From Anthoceros angustus (Eukaryota > Plantae > Anthocerotophyta): DNA of 64,000 nucleotides. How positions within the stretch are numbered: the first letter of the stretch is position 1; the number at the start of each line of letters is the position of its first letter. The notes beneath the pieces were generated by a model. It searched no databases. It had not been told where the DNA came from and saw nothing but the letters and a program-made list of their open reading frames with translations. The stretch spans positions 248,001 through 312,000 of the forward strand of contig MU008194.1 of assembly GCA_010909165.1 (NCBI GenBank). The letters run 5' to 3'. The translations under genes were made by a program, and so were the position numbers. Shown here in pieces: positions 38,401 through 51,659 of this stretch.

Positions 38401-41098
38401 TCAGCAAACACATTCACCAGATTCTGCTAAGAAACTCGAGTTGGGCTTTTTTTTATGCTCATATTCGAGCTGCCATTGTTTCCAAAGAGAGCCCAATGAC
38501 TGAAAGCATCCTAGACTAAAACTTTTAAAGTCAGCTCTACCCTTCAAAAGATAAATGCCAGGAACAATGTTGACGAGCAACAATCAGGGTGCCCATTGGC
38601 TGATGGCCTTGAGACCTGAAACGACATCTCGCCATCATTCTATCTGCCTGCAGGGTCACTGCCCTCACCATGCCTTACAGCACTCCACAGTACTGCTAGA
38701 AACCAGACAGATACAATACACAACAGCAGAAGATATGACTTTTGAAAATCACAAGTAGACTCTGCTGTTGAAAACAAATACTGCAAGCATGTTGATGAGC
38801 AACCGTCAGCCCATTAGGTGATGGCCTTGAGACCTGAACCAACATCTCCTCATCATGGTAATCTACCTGCAGGGTCACTGCTCCTTGCGCGTTGTAGGCA
38901 CTCTACAGTACTGCTGTAAACCAGGAGACAGGACGCAACCTCTAAAGGTCAACACCAAGGCATCTCTATCAAAGCCATTCCACCTGAGAAGGGAACGTCC
39001 ATGGCCTGTACACTGTTGTTACCTTGAAAACAAAGCCCGTGAAGTGGGGATACTCAGGGAGGACCTCTCCCGCATCACTATGATGCTTGCCTGGTCGAAC
39101 GGCACATTCAAGAAAGCTCTCAAGAAAAGCTCAACCTGAAAACATAAGACATAAGAACCCTCCTTTAGAAAAGACAAGTCAAATACATCCAAAGGAAAAT
39201 GCCCAACTCATCCTCATTTGACTGTTGAGTAGCAGGAATCTTACCCCAAAATTGTTCATTGCACTACCAAAGAAAACTGGGGACAAATCTCCAGAATGCA
39301 CAAGATTCAAGTCCAATGGTGGTGTCAGCTCCTCCAGAAGCTCAATCTCCTCCTGTGAGAATGAAACTTTCAGCACATTTCACAAAAGAAGCACGAACCA
39401 AGGCCAACCATAGTGTATACCTGCAGTTGTTGGAATAGATCTCCTGGAATAATCTGCTCAAGGCGAGGATCACCCCATGGGATGACTTGCACTGTTGCTT
39501 CTTTCGTTCCATGTTTCTCACCCTTATCAAAGAGATGAACTTCTTGACGAGGTCTGTGGACAACACCCATGAACCTGCATTCATTCGTGGACCAGTTATA
39601 TGACCTGCCCTCACAAGACCAGCTGCTAAATGACACCAAAAGCATGCGAGCCAGCAGAGGAAGTCCTCTGCATACCTGTCACCTGATCCAATCGGCCAGT
39701 TCATAGGATAAGTAGCAAGACCAAACTCCTTTTCAATTTGGTCTAGGAGCTCCAATGGTGCTAAGGCAGGACGGTCCATCTTATTCATGAAAGTAAATAT
39801 TGGCAGCTTGCGCATTCTGCAAACCTGTCAGGAGAATCAGGAATGTCCATCAGTTCAGAAACAAGATACAAGTCCTGCAATTGCCCATTCTTGCTGGTAT
39901 CCCTCTCATCCAACTTACCTCAAACAGCTTCCTTGTTTGCGGCTCCAACCCTTTGCCTCCATCCACCAACATGACGGCGTTATCTGCAGCTGCAAGTGTC
40001 CTGCAAAATGCTCAAATCGGACAGAAACAATGTGGACTCTGTGAACACCACACATGGCCTACATAACATCGCCCAGTACTGAGTCAGGCGTACAAGCTCA
40101 CCTGTAAGTATCCTCTCCGAAATCCTGCAACAGTTCCATACCCAGTCTCAGAAAGATGTCATTTACCAGAGGCACTACCCTGCTTCCAGAAACGCACTCA
40201 ACGTGCGTACAGGGCTGATCCTGAGCGAGTGAACGAACCTGGTGCCCCGGAGTGTCGAGAAGCGTTATCTGATAACCCTTCGTTTCAAAAATCATCGCCG
40301 TTGACGTGATGGATATACCTACCTTAACCAAACAGAAAACAAAGAAATCAGCTTCCACATACCTGCAAGCTTCCCCGCAGCGACCACACACTGGCAACGG
40401 TGATAAACTCCACTCACCTCTCTGTTTCTCAAGCTCCATCCAATCAGAGGTTGCATGACGAGCAGACCTCCTAGCCTTCACAGCACCTGCTTCCTGAATC
40501 GCTCCGCCGTAGAGAAGCAGCTTCTCAGTCTGCTCCACACATTGTAAAAGTGAACCCGGCGAAACTCCAACGGCACCAGATTCCAGACACATCCTAAACA
40601 CTCTCAGCTTACAAGAGTTGTTTTTCCAGCATCAGGATGAGAAATGATGGCGAAGTTGCGCCTTCTGGCCACCTCCCTGGCCAGAGCTTGAGGAGAAAGC
40701 AAATCCCCGGCCTCATTGCCTTTATCTTCTCCCGAACCCGGCCGGTCGCCGTCATTCTCCAACGCCTGCACTGCTGGATCCTCCTGGTCCTCTAACTCCG
40801 TGTTGACTTGAGCCAGAGCTCCCTCCGCGTTCCTGGCGTGGTCATCGTCCCAGCTCCCTTTCGCAGCCTCCTCGTCCGGCCGCACATCCGTCACAGGAGC
40901 GGTCTCCAGAAACACGCATTTTCTCCGCCACGGCCTCCTGTCTGTCAAGTCCACCTGGAGGACTAGTCCTCCTGCAATCCTCCTCGGCAGACATGCGCCG
41001 CTGCAGCCGGCAGCCGCCTTGTATCTGCTCTCGTACAGCTTGCAAGAGGACGGAGATACCAGTACCTGCGAAGGAGCCAGCGCTCCAACGGCAGCCAT
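35424..41098 (-). CDS. prfC: Plastid peptide chain release factor 3 (bacterial-type RF3 GTPase) with an internal 4-exon duplication
   Basis: Transit-peptide-like N-terminus, [91 protein letters not shown]. Confidence 0.92.
36641..39874. repeat. Tandem duplication of ~1.62 kb (36641-38255 and 38256-39869) inside prfC
   Basis: aagtcacaaggaatgcttctaaaaatg at 36641 and 38256; duplicate ORF translations (37568/39179, 37759/39370); aagtc microhomology at the boundaries. Confidence 0.95.
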
Positions 41099-41294
41099 GG
41101 TCTCACCGAGCTGCTATCACCAATGCGTCCAAGACCATAGCCAGTGCTTGCCCGAGGATAGATGGCTTCTTTTATAAAAAAAATCCTAACTAACAAATGA
41201 GCTACAGGCTTTTTGGCTCCGGCAGCGAGAACCTTTTTCGCCACCTTATGGCCATTTGAAGGACCCGCCGTCACCATGCCATGTTTCATGAAGC

Positions 41295-43490
41295 TAAAAC
41301 TTATTTAGAGCACGGGAGAGAGGGTAGGTACATAAAGCACTCCACGGCAAACGGTGTACATGAACGAGGTACATAACAGGTAGACGTGGAGACCTTATAA
41401 AACGAACGACATGGAAAATCTCATCTACCCCGAGAGGAAAGGAGACAACCCACGACCAGGCCAGGGGCATGCCCCGCACTAATCTACCCTATAACCCCCA
41501 ACCGCCCCCAAGATGTCACCGTCCGAGATAGGGAAGGGCCTACTTACCACTGGTGCTGCCGATGCCGCGTCTCCAGCACTAGCGATCGTCCTAAAGATGG
41601 CGCTGGCCAACGCCTTTTACAGGGCGATGGAAACCCGTTGCTTGAATTATGCCACGACACTTGGAAAAGGGGAGGCCGCCCCTGCCGTTGTGGTAGGCCC
41701 TTGCGCACTCCTTGATGAAACGAGAAAAAACCTTACCCAAAGCCCCATGGGTTTTCATGGCAAGGGGGATGAAAATGTGACCTTGCTGCATGGGCCTGTA
41801 ATTGTAAGTTTTCTTAGTTGCGCTCCCTTCCGCCACCCAACCTAAAAGGTTGATGATGACATGGTCGCTAAGAGAATCTCTGATTGGGTCAGTAACAACC
41901 ACGTCCGCAACCAAGACCTCGTCTCCCCGCTTCAAGGAAAGGTCAACTCTGATAGAGACGCTATTGAGCAAAGTATATTGCCGCTCCTTGAAAGGGAAGA
42001 AACCCCTCTCCTTGGCCATCGAGAACATGACGTCGTGTGTAGCAATACGCTAACTACCCATTGGATAACGCGCTAAGTGGGCCCCAGGGTCGTCCATGGA
42101 GGCCCCACATCAGCTCACCAAAAGAAAACAGGCTAGTGGTTGGACCAGACTCAAGCAAAACCTGATCATGATAGAAAAGAAGCGATTGAAATGCACGGAT
42201 GCAAGGCGGGCTGAAGCCAGAACACCTTCCACGAGCAAGAGTGAAGGCGAGCTTTAGCGGGACGAGGAATAGATGAATCCAAAAGAAGACCCTATAGCAC
42301 CTGCCCATAATGCTTCTCCTCAAGAGAAGCCTACAACCCTTGAAGCCCGTCTGCGAGAAACGAAGAAAAAGAAGGCATGGCCTCCCTGGCCAGAGGGGGT
42401 AAGAGGTCCCTAGCCGACCTTAGGGACACTTGGATGGGGAAGCACCCCTCCTCAACTCCTGCGATGAAATTTTCCAAAATGCTGCTATCTCGAATAAGGA
42501 AGCGAGAGGACAAAATTGGAGCCGAGAGGACCCAGCTTCCTAGAAAAGCCGTTGGTGTTGAGGCCTCCATGGCCAAAACCACTGCGCTTCATGACAAGGA
42601 GGATGCTATGTCAGCAAGTCCTAGCATATTTGAAGGAACCTGGACCGATCATGTCTCCCAGAGACTGCATAACATGCTTGTCGAAATCTCCAAGTTGAGA
42701 AAGAAAAACTGAAGGGTGGGGGGTGGGGGCGACAGTGCGAATGAGGTACCTAGGGCAGCGTGCAAAGCATGAAGAGAGGATGTCGAAGGCCACCTGCAGG
42801 TCGCCCAACCTAGAGAGGTCATCGATATGCGCAAGATTCTCTTTCAAAGTAGAATCCACAAATTCCCGTATGAAGCCTGGGAGCCCGACCAGGACTCCAA
42901 GGTCCCGCAACCCCTGTGGAGAATCAATATCCCCCCGGGATACTAAAGAGGGGGCGTAATTCCGCACGGAGACCAAACCTTGCACTTCAAGATCTTGACC
43001 TTCATGCCAAGGCGGGAGAGCTCCAAGAAGAAGAGGACGAAAGCATCCTTGATTTGTCCACTGGACCAAGGATGTGGGATGAGGAGGCAATTATTGACAA
43101 GGCCTTGAAATGCGCCATAGTAAAAGGAGCTCCCCCCAAGGGATCCCCTTGTCAGGTTCCCGTTACGGAGTCAAGCACGGAGACCCCCTCCACCAAGGAG
43201 TCGTACTGATAATATAGGTTAGACGGGGAAACATAGAAAGAGCGAACAAAAGGAATAGGACTTGCCAGTTGCCCGCCCGCGTCTTTAAGCTCTTCAAAGA
43301 TAGCCGCCCTGGATACTGTGTTGAAAGCATGCTCAACATCGACCTGAAGGGCAACCCAATCCAGATGTAGTTCGAGAACCGCCTCAAATCCCAAATTCAC
43401 CGTCTCGCAGCCCACCGGGGTGGCGATGCCACATTGATGGGGGCTATGATGAGCCCGGAATCTCCCTGAGCTGGAGGGCAATGTTGTGGC
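41295..43490 (-). mobile_element. 5'-truncated, decayed non-LTR retrotransposon with RT and C-terminal restriction-like endonuclease (CRE-clade-like)
   Basis: QCGIATPVGCE, DVEHAFNTVSR, TGT*QGDPLGG (RT). DEVLVADVVVTDP and FIPLAMKTHGALG (RLE-type C-terminus). Contains stops and frameshifts. Confidence 0.75.
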
Positions 43491-44499
43491 TAATCGGACG
43501 TAGGAATGCCTCTCCCACGGCGATAGGGTCCACCCCCGGTATGGGCTTCTCCATATTATGGCGTCTGTTTAGAAAGGGGTTTCTCCTGTCAAAAGGGGTT
43601 TTGGAAAAAATCCCAACCCTATTTCGCCGGAAACTAAAGTTGGTTTGGTTTTTGTTGGTTTTTGTAGGTGTTCATCCATCGGTTTCGGGCATTCGGCCGG
43701 CACCACTTCTGTCGAGTCATTTACCCCTTTTAACTCGAGTTCATGGCGATTTAGTCGGTGTGATGAAGGCCGATGACCTCATTGTTCCATAATTCGTCAT
43801 GTAGTTTCTATATTTTGTGTGGTTTTGTATGTTTTGTATACCGGGGGCCTAGGCAGCATAAGTGCGGCGCCTAAACAACGCTATGTGCAAACTTGTGCAT
43901 GCACTGCAAAGAGCGAAAAATGATCTTCTAATGGGAAGCATGTCCTTTTGGCGGTCGGAGGATGTGGAACTCCAGAGCAAAATAACAAGTAGCGACATCG
44001 GCGGAGGTTCACTAGACCACTTTATATACCTATCCTATGCCTAATGCGACGAAGAACACCCTATCCCTTTTTATTCTTTGGTGTTTAGTCTCTTTTTGGC
44101 GGTGACCTAGTAGGGTTATCATCAAACATGCCGGGGCCGGTGGGTGAACAAGTGCATGCACGAGGCAGGGGCTCGGTGCGCGCACCAAGCAAGGGGCACA
44201 GGTGGCATGCGCAAGGAGGGCCTCAGCGCAGGGGCAAGGATGCCCAAGGTGCAGCACAGGGGCAAGGGGCAGATGTGCCTCTGGTGCCACCGAGGGGCAA
44301 GGAGGCCCAGTGTGCACACAAGTGCATGCACCCAAGGTCAAGAAGGGCACAGGGAGCATGAACCCAAATGGTTCATGCCTCCTAGTGCCAAAATACTCCG
44401 TCATGTGGCCACCACATCATTAAGGAAATGGGTTCCTATCACTTGCAGTAGGACATCCGTCTTGGGTTATGATGTTCTCGTCACGAGGACGATTTGAGT

Positions 44500-45000
44500 C
44501 CGTTCTTGTCGCCCAGCCTCTACCCACACAGTGCGATGTCGGGTGCCACCGGATGTACCTCCTTTGTGTGTGTCTTGTCGTGGTGTATGGGTCCAACAAA
44601 GTCAATACCCCACTTTTCGAAAGGTGCGGTGCCAATATCGGTACTAGCGACCCTTTGTGTCGTCGGGGTTGGCTTTCGATCCGGCGGCAGCATCACACTT
44701 CTTCTGGGGTGGGTGTCCCCATACATTGTTGGCCACAGTTATCCGCTTCCAAAATCTTTTTGGTGGTGACACATCTTCGCGTAGTGTCCTCCCCAATCCA
44801 TTGCATTCCACGGCGGCTCCCTAGGCGGAGGTGGCGTCAGACGGAGGTGTGTTTGGGTATACCTCTTCACTCCCACTTGTTGATCATTTTGGAAAGTGAT
44901 GCTCCAACAACGGATCATCTCCGGTCCTTGTAGGATGGAGTCGGGTGAAAAGCCGAGATGCATTGCGTTGTGCGTTCGCCCCGCTCCTCGCGGTATATAT
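44500..45000 (-). mobile_element. Ty3/Gypsy integrase remnant
   Basis: GGHYA...LWPTMYGD (H2C2 zinc-finger region) and PFEKWGIDFVGPI (start of integrase core), broken by stops. Confidence 0.8.
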
Positions 45001-46764
45001 ATTGGCGTGCGGTGAGAAACCAGTCCTCACCGGTGCGTTATATTCCTCTTCTTCATCTTCACGCTCTGCAATTGGAGAAGGGGTTGTGGAGCGTAACTCG
45101 AGAGATGTCGTCCTCCTCTAAGGATGCGAACCCCGCCGGAGAGACTCCCTAGGCGCTTTGCGGCAAGCAAGGCGGCTAGGACCGCCTCCTCTGCGCAAGG
45201 GACCCGGCCGACCTGCTGCGGGAAGCTCGAGCCGACCAAGCAGGGCGCCCTCACGCTGTGCGGCAGTCTTGAGGACTAGCGAGGCCATAATCGGGAGGAC
45301 ATGGGAGGTCCTCCATTGCGCTTAGCTTCCAATTTCTCCCACGCGTGCCCCTCCTGCGCAAAGAGGGGCTCGGGGCCTGACACGTGGGCTGAGGCTATGT
45401 CTGACGGAGGGAGGTGAGGCCCTCACGGCCTCGAATTTCCCTCGGTAACCACGATAAGGATGTGAAGATTGTGAGCCTAGGCAGCGTACAGCGGGCTCTC
45501 CTGATCGATGCAAGCATCTTGCAGTCGGTCATGAAGCGGATCGAGTGCGTGGTCTGACCTGTTCACAGTCATGTGTTGTAAGCCGCCATGAAGTGACTGG
45601 TTTTGCTTCATCTCACTCCTACTCCCACTCGCTCTAAAGCTATCTAATTGCTTTGTGTCTTGACTGCGAGGATCATCTTGAGGATTGAGGAGGATCTTTC
45701 CTCCTGAAGATGACATGTGCGGTGAGGACTCCGATGCTCTGAGGCCTCCAGGCGGTCCCTCCGACTCGGAGAATCCAAAGGAAGAGTCCTCAGGGCGGCG
45801 AATCAGGTGGGATTAGGTAGCAGGGCATGTAGGCTAGTTGGGGTTAGATAGGAAAGTTCCGGACTCTCCTAACCCCGGACCTCGAACATGCTTCTCGTGC
45901 GCTCTTTTGAAAGAGCTTTCGTTAATATCTGCGGGGTTTTCTTGTGTAGGCACATACTCCAGTTGTATTCCAGCTTGCGTTTGGGATCTTGTGTTTGAGC
46001 TCGGAAGTGAGATCAAGATTCGGAAGTGAGATGAGGAGTCAAAGTGTGAGCTCCTCTTCACTCGAAGGTCACGGAGGATCCTTCAACCTTAGCGACTAAG
46101 GATCTAAATACTCCTATGTGTTTTCGGTGGAATCACCTCAATCGCCATTACACTAATGACATTTAGTCACGCATACAGTCCTTCAACCTCTTCCGGATCT
46201 GCGGTGACATTTCAACATTTCAACATGCCTCTACATTTCGGATGTTCGACTAACCATGCTTCGTGAAATCCCTCTGTAGATTGGTTTTTTTCAGCATTAC
46301 TATACTATGTAGATTATCGGCAAGTGAAGGCCTATCGAAACTCTATACCTATTGCGTCTATTAGAAATTAGCTCGGTAGCGACTCTTGGCGCTTTGGATT
46401 CCATTTCATTAGGCGACTTTGTCGCTAATATGCAAGAACTACGCATATCATTGTATTACAAATCTTTATATGTAAGCCCAATCAGTGTCCTAGTGTATGT
46501 CCATTGGAATTGCGGTGCAATCCAAAGGAAGTACACTAGGATTCCTAGATTCGCAGTTGCTATAAAATTTTCAACCGGTATACTCACGGCCTAGGTTGAA
46601 CTCACTACTCCGCCCATGGAGTAGCGAGATTATATACATGTCTGACAGCCCTTGATGAGTCGGCCAATTTTACCCCTGATCTACCTAACATGCATATATA
46701 GCCCTACATGCAATATCTAGAAAAGCGAATTCCCATGGTTCAAGGAAGTTGCCTTCCTCGGCCC

Positions 46765-47020
46765 TCGAAATAGGTTTCTATCTACATGCTACTTTTCCCA
46801 AGGACCAAGGAACATCCTTCCGAAACCCCAAGACCAAGGACTAGGTTTCTATCTACATACCATTTTCCCAAGGACCAAGGAACATCCTTGACCCAAGACC
46901 AAGGACTCGAAATAGGCTTCTATCTACTTGCTACTTTTCCCAAGGACCAAGGAACATCATTCAAACCCCAAGACCAAGGACTTGAGTCTTTTCCAAACCC
47001 CAAAGACCAAGGACTTGAGT
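46765..47020. repeat. ~71-bp tandem repeat x3 plus partial copies, probably retroelement UTR
   Basis: tagg(t/c)ttctatctac...ttttcccaaggaccaaggaacatc...ccaagaccaaggact recurs at ~46771, 46842 and 46913. Confidence 0.85.
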
Positions 47021-47896
47021 CCTACCTATTTGAATAGATAGGACTACGGACTCGGTAGCGGACTTGAGCGGCCACCGCTTCTCGGTGTGACCACACCAAG
47101 TAGTCCTCCCATCACCACTTCCTAGGACTCCCCTCTTGTGCGTGGGAAACTAGGCGAGGTAAGAGGAGCTCTTGCTCACACATTCGTGCAAGGAGTCCGT
47201 GAGGTCCTCGGGTTAAACAACATGTTCAAGCCACTTGTTGGATGAGAAGCTTGTTTCTTTGAATATGCAGTGGGTCATTGTGCTTCTCCTTCCAAGTCGA
47301 GCTCTCCAAAGCTGAGCACAGGAGGTGTCGGATTGGATATGGGAGTCGTGACACGTAACCATCGACGTTATGTGAGTAGGAAAGCTTCGAGGCCGTTGGA
47401 GCTCTGTAAAATCTAGCGTAGATAGACTATTCTATTCCTCGATCCATTATATGTCGCTAAAACTTTGTGCGAGATAAGAAGGACATGGTTGTGGGATGAC
47501 GCGTTCATGATCTCACATCAAACTTGGGTACGAGTCAATCACATACTTGGGGAACCATATCTTGCGGATGTATGTATCCGGAGGTAGGCTACGGAGGGTG
47601 GGCAAACCAAATCCCTTCATGTGGTTTTCAATAATCTCACATGCTACACATGGGGAGCCTAATGAGGCGATACAACTTTACTATGCGATGTGTCGCTCGG
47701 TGTGAAGCGGATGCCCACATCTTTGTAGCAGCCCTTCAAGCTTGTGCATTTCTTTGTGGACACGGAATCTAGCGAGAAGTGCGCGATATGTTGCATGACA
47801 TTCCACGAACTTGTTTATTGCCAATCGGTGGACATGTATAGCGCATGGTGAAGGAAGAGACACACGGTTTTCGATAGGTTAGGCGTAAAGGATGTC

Positions 47897-48400
47897 GTGA
47901 CATGGACGGCCACGATAGTTGGGTATGCAAATCATGGCTTGGCCAAGGCGCTTATGTATGGACAAATGGAGAAGGAGGGCACGATTGTGGGCAACCATGT
48001 TACCTTTGCTTGCCCAAGCAAGCAAGTGCCTTCTGAGCATGCACTCCTGATTGTGGAGAGAGGACTAGATAACACACTTGTGGGCACTTTGGTGGACATG
48101 TAGGCAAAGTGTGGCGAAGTAGAAGATGCGCATCAAGTTTTTCAATGCTTGAGCCCAAAGGATGTGGTGACTTGGAATGCCACGATTCTTTGGGTATGGA
48201 CGAAGGGCTTGGTCAAGAGGCGCTATTTTTGTATGGACGAATACAGCAGGAGGGCCTTGTGGCGATGAGGTTACTTTTGCTTGCCTTTTGAAGGCATGTG
48301 CAAGCATTGGTGCCTTCTGAGAAGGCGTGCACTCACGGCTTGTGCAAAGAGGACATTTGGATAACGACTTGTGGGCGCTTCCTGGTGGACTGCCAAGATG
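47897..48400 (+). pseudogene. Degenerate PLS-PPR fragment
   Basis: VTWTATIVGYANHGL, VTFAC, LVGTLVDM and KDVVTWNA-like motifs, same style as the 31-33 kb gene, heavily frameshifted. Confidence 0.75.
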
Positions 48401-48456
48401 CATGCCTCGTTTTTTGGACAGCTAGGAAAATTCTTACACCGACATTTACAATCTGG

Positions 48457-49510
48457 CACTATTTATAAATCGATAAATTTGTATAACATTTTACAATGTA
48501 TTTGCAATGAACATACATCGCAATTTCACTAATATATAGCCTCATAAATGACATAAATCAGGAAAAGGTCTCTTCCACATATTTACAACGGCATTTGCGA
48601 CAAGCATGCCACATCGCAATCTTACTAATATATAACCTCATAAATTACATAAATAAGGAAAAGGCATGCCACATCGCAATCTTACTAATATATAACCTCA
48701 TAAATTACATAAATAAGGAAAAGGTCTCTTCCAAAATTTTACAACGGCATTTAAACAAACATGCCACATCAACAAATAATATATTTATTCATGGATATTG
48801 GCTGGCTTGTGCATTTTACAACCATAATTCTGACGCATGTGCCACGTCGATAAATATACAATAAAATGAATAATCCAATAATATAACATAAATTGGAGAA
48901 ACCATTTTACAATGATATTTGCAATGAGCTTGCCATGTCAGCAAATAATAAATTTATTTATAGATATTTATATAAAATGGTTTTCATGCGTTTACAACCA
49001 TAGCTACAATGCATGTGACACGTCGATAAATACAAAAAAAAAGATAATCCCATAACTAACATAAATCCAGAGAAACATATTTACAACATCATTTGCAACG
49101 AACTTGCCACATCAGCAAATAATAAATCTATTCATAGATATTCCAATAAATGGTATTATTTCAAAAATCAAGTCTTGCACAATTTACAAACACATCTACA
49201 ACAAACATGGTTTACAACGTCTTTTACAAGTACCGTTTACAACATCCTTTATGCCACGTCATTATAAATTCAACAAAATGTAGTTTTATTAACAAATAAC
49301 CCCCATAGTTTTCTAAATCAAAAGAGTTTATGCACAATTAACAACGTCATGTACAACGAGCAAGCCATGTCAACAAACCCCGTTGTAAAATTTGTGTCAA
49401 CATGCCATGTCAACAAATCCCGTTGTAAAATTGTCAACATGCCATGTCAACAAACCCCCATTGTAAAATCCATGCCACATCATATTAGTTAGGAACCCTT
49501 GTTGTAAATG
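48457..49510. repeat. AT-rich region with dispersed tttacaac/catgccac motifs and a 60-bp tandem pair (48604-48723); possible non-autonomous DNA transposon remnant
   Basis: 60-bp unit repeated exactly; many tttacaa(c) copies, then the reverse-complement ttgtaaa after ~49380. Confidence 0.55.
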
Positions 49511-49558
49511 TTCAAAAACTTACAGAGGCTTTGAGTAGTAAGAGTGTTGTAGTTTCCT

Positions 49559-51360
49559 CTAACTAAACTTAGACCCATTTGTAAAGGTAGCCCCTCCTTG
49601 TGTGTCAAGAGCGCCCCGCCTTGCCTTCCACCTTCCCTTCACCTTAAGGGCTCGGGACTCGCCTCCCACTTCCTCCATTTGTCGCCGCCCTCGGGACCTC
49701 TGATCCACCTCACAGGGTCCTCCTCGATTCTTGGGTGGACCTCCTTGTGGCCCGCCAACATCTTCGGCGTATTCCGGACTAGAGGCGTCAGTCAAACAGC
49801 CTAGAAGATATCCAAGTGCCAGTCCTCCACCAGCTCCTCCGCTTCTGCCAGCCAAGGTCCGAAATCCGGGTAGCGTTTGGTGACGAAGTTCCGTTCCACC
49901 AAGCACCAGGGTTCCCAAACCTCCGCCGCCTTCTTGGGCCCCATTGCTGTGCGCCTCTTGGTCTGCTGTTGTGGCTTGAGGCTCAACAATTCTCCTTCCT
50001 CCCTTCGCCGCGTCGAACGCTTCGTTCGCAAAAGTGAGCCGCTCGTAATTGCGCTCGGACGCTTGAAAAGACAGCGCGAGGCGGGGTGTCGGGCGCCGAG
50101 GCGCAAAAGCGCCGGAAGAATGACCGTTGAGGCCAAAGCGTCGGGGGCGCGAAGCAGGCGTCCCTTGCTGCCGTAGCGTCAAAAGGCACGGGCTTACTCT
50201 AGCCTTCTGCCGCCCGCAGTACTCTAGGACGTTGGTGCATGTACCGGGCGTGAATACTTGCCTATAACCGCGGCCCTCGGTCCGTTGCATGCTGTCCCAC
50301 CTCTCGGCCGTCACGTGGCCCCTCTTGCCAAAATCGCTCCCGCTCCAAAGTTACTTTCACGGGCGTGCCACTTACTTGGTCGATCCAGGACTCACGCGAT
50401 CTACCGGGTCGGTCCAGATGATCGGCTCCTCCGGAGTGCAGTCCGAAGTCCTCTGCCTACTCCGGAGTGAGGTCTGGAGCCAACTTATTACCCATCTTGG
50501 CCTTATTCCCTGTCTTATTTCTCACTCCACACCCAAAAAACAAAAAAACTAGCTCATTACCTTTCTAGGGGGAGAGCCTACGGTCCACAACCCCACCAGG
50601 GAAGGAAGGGAGGAGGGCCCCGAGGGGGTCAGAGAAGAAGAAGCCTGTGGACCCAAGGCAGGCGGGTCCGGTGGGCGGGCGGACCCGAGTGCTCTAGGTG
50701 GGAGTTCGGGACTCAGCGAGTCCGGACCTGAGGTCCGGACTCGGAGGCAGACGGACCACGAGGTCCGGACTCTCGACGGACCACGAGGTCCGGACTGAAG
50801 GCCGGACCCAGGGGCCGGACTTAGGAGGAGAGGATCACCACCGGCTCATGAGGGGCAACATCACTGGTGGACCCAGGCGAGGGACCCACCGGTGAGTTAA
50901 GAGGGGGAGAGGAGGAGGATTTGGTGGTCACTGCGGTCGTCGAGCCGCCCCGCGTAGCTCAACACAGGGTCTCGGGAAGGGAGGCCCGCATCGCGGATCA
51001 TCCGATTAGGTAGCCAACCTCGAGGACTAGGGATTGGGCCACCAGCCAAAGGCGGAATCAGCCACTCCCCGCCGCGACGTAGATGGTGGCTAAGGGGAAT
51101 AGTGGGCGGGAGGCTAGGGGCACCGAAATGGACATCACTTTCGAATAGGAGTGTAATAAGTGAGGAGGAAGGTCCGGGGCAGACGACCACGGGGACCTTA
51201 GGAAGTGTTTGGCTGACGGCCGGCCGTCTTGGGGCGTAGTATAAGAGGGCAGAGGCTGCTCTAGTAAAGTATCTTTCTTTTGGGGTGGATACCGCGTTCT
51301 CTTGTAGACCCTTGTGTGTCCTTTGCTAACGCGAGTCCTGCGTCACTGAGCAGGCAAGAC
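49559..51360. mobile_element. Retroelement-like fragment: broken accessory ORF (minus, 49559-50314), gaggtccggact repeats (50715-50825), possible LTR promoter near 51240
   Basis: GPKKAAEVWEPW...ERNFVTKRYPDFGPW...DW ORF, short tandem repeats and a TATAAG. No catalytic domain recognised. Confidence 0.35.
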
Positions 51361-51659
51361 AGCCCCGGAGAGATTGATCAAGGTCCTGGTGACGGACCCT
51401 AACGTGTGGTGGTGTGTGCAGGGCGAACGACTAGAGACCCTTGCTCTTCCGGAGTAGGTGGCCGACGTCGGACGAACCGGAACGTGTGAGACTAGTGGAA
51501 CTCCGGGAGGGCGGGTAGAGCCCGGACGGAGAGGCCTGGTGGAACAGCGACGGAGGTCCGGACCACGCAACCCACCCACTCTTCCCCAACTGGTGATGAG
51601 CGTAGTGAGAGTGGTAAGGAAGGCGGACTAGGCAGAAGCGTGGACGGATTTGGTAGGAT

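Noticed and set aside
35424-41098. prfC as bacterial contamination or recent horizontal transfer
   Set aside because: It has many GT-AG introns, an N-terminal extension and plant neighbours.
48595-48864. ORF with duplicated ACHIAILLIYNLINYINKEK
   Set aside because: It is a translation of the 60-bp tandem repeat in AT-rich non-coding DNA.
50869-50887. tggtggacccaggcgaggg as a primer-binding site
   Set aside because: I could not match it to a specific tRNA 3' end or place an LTR boundary.
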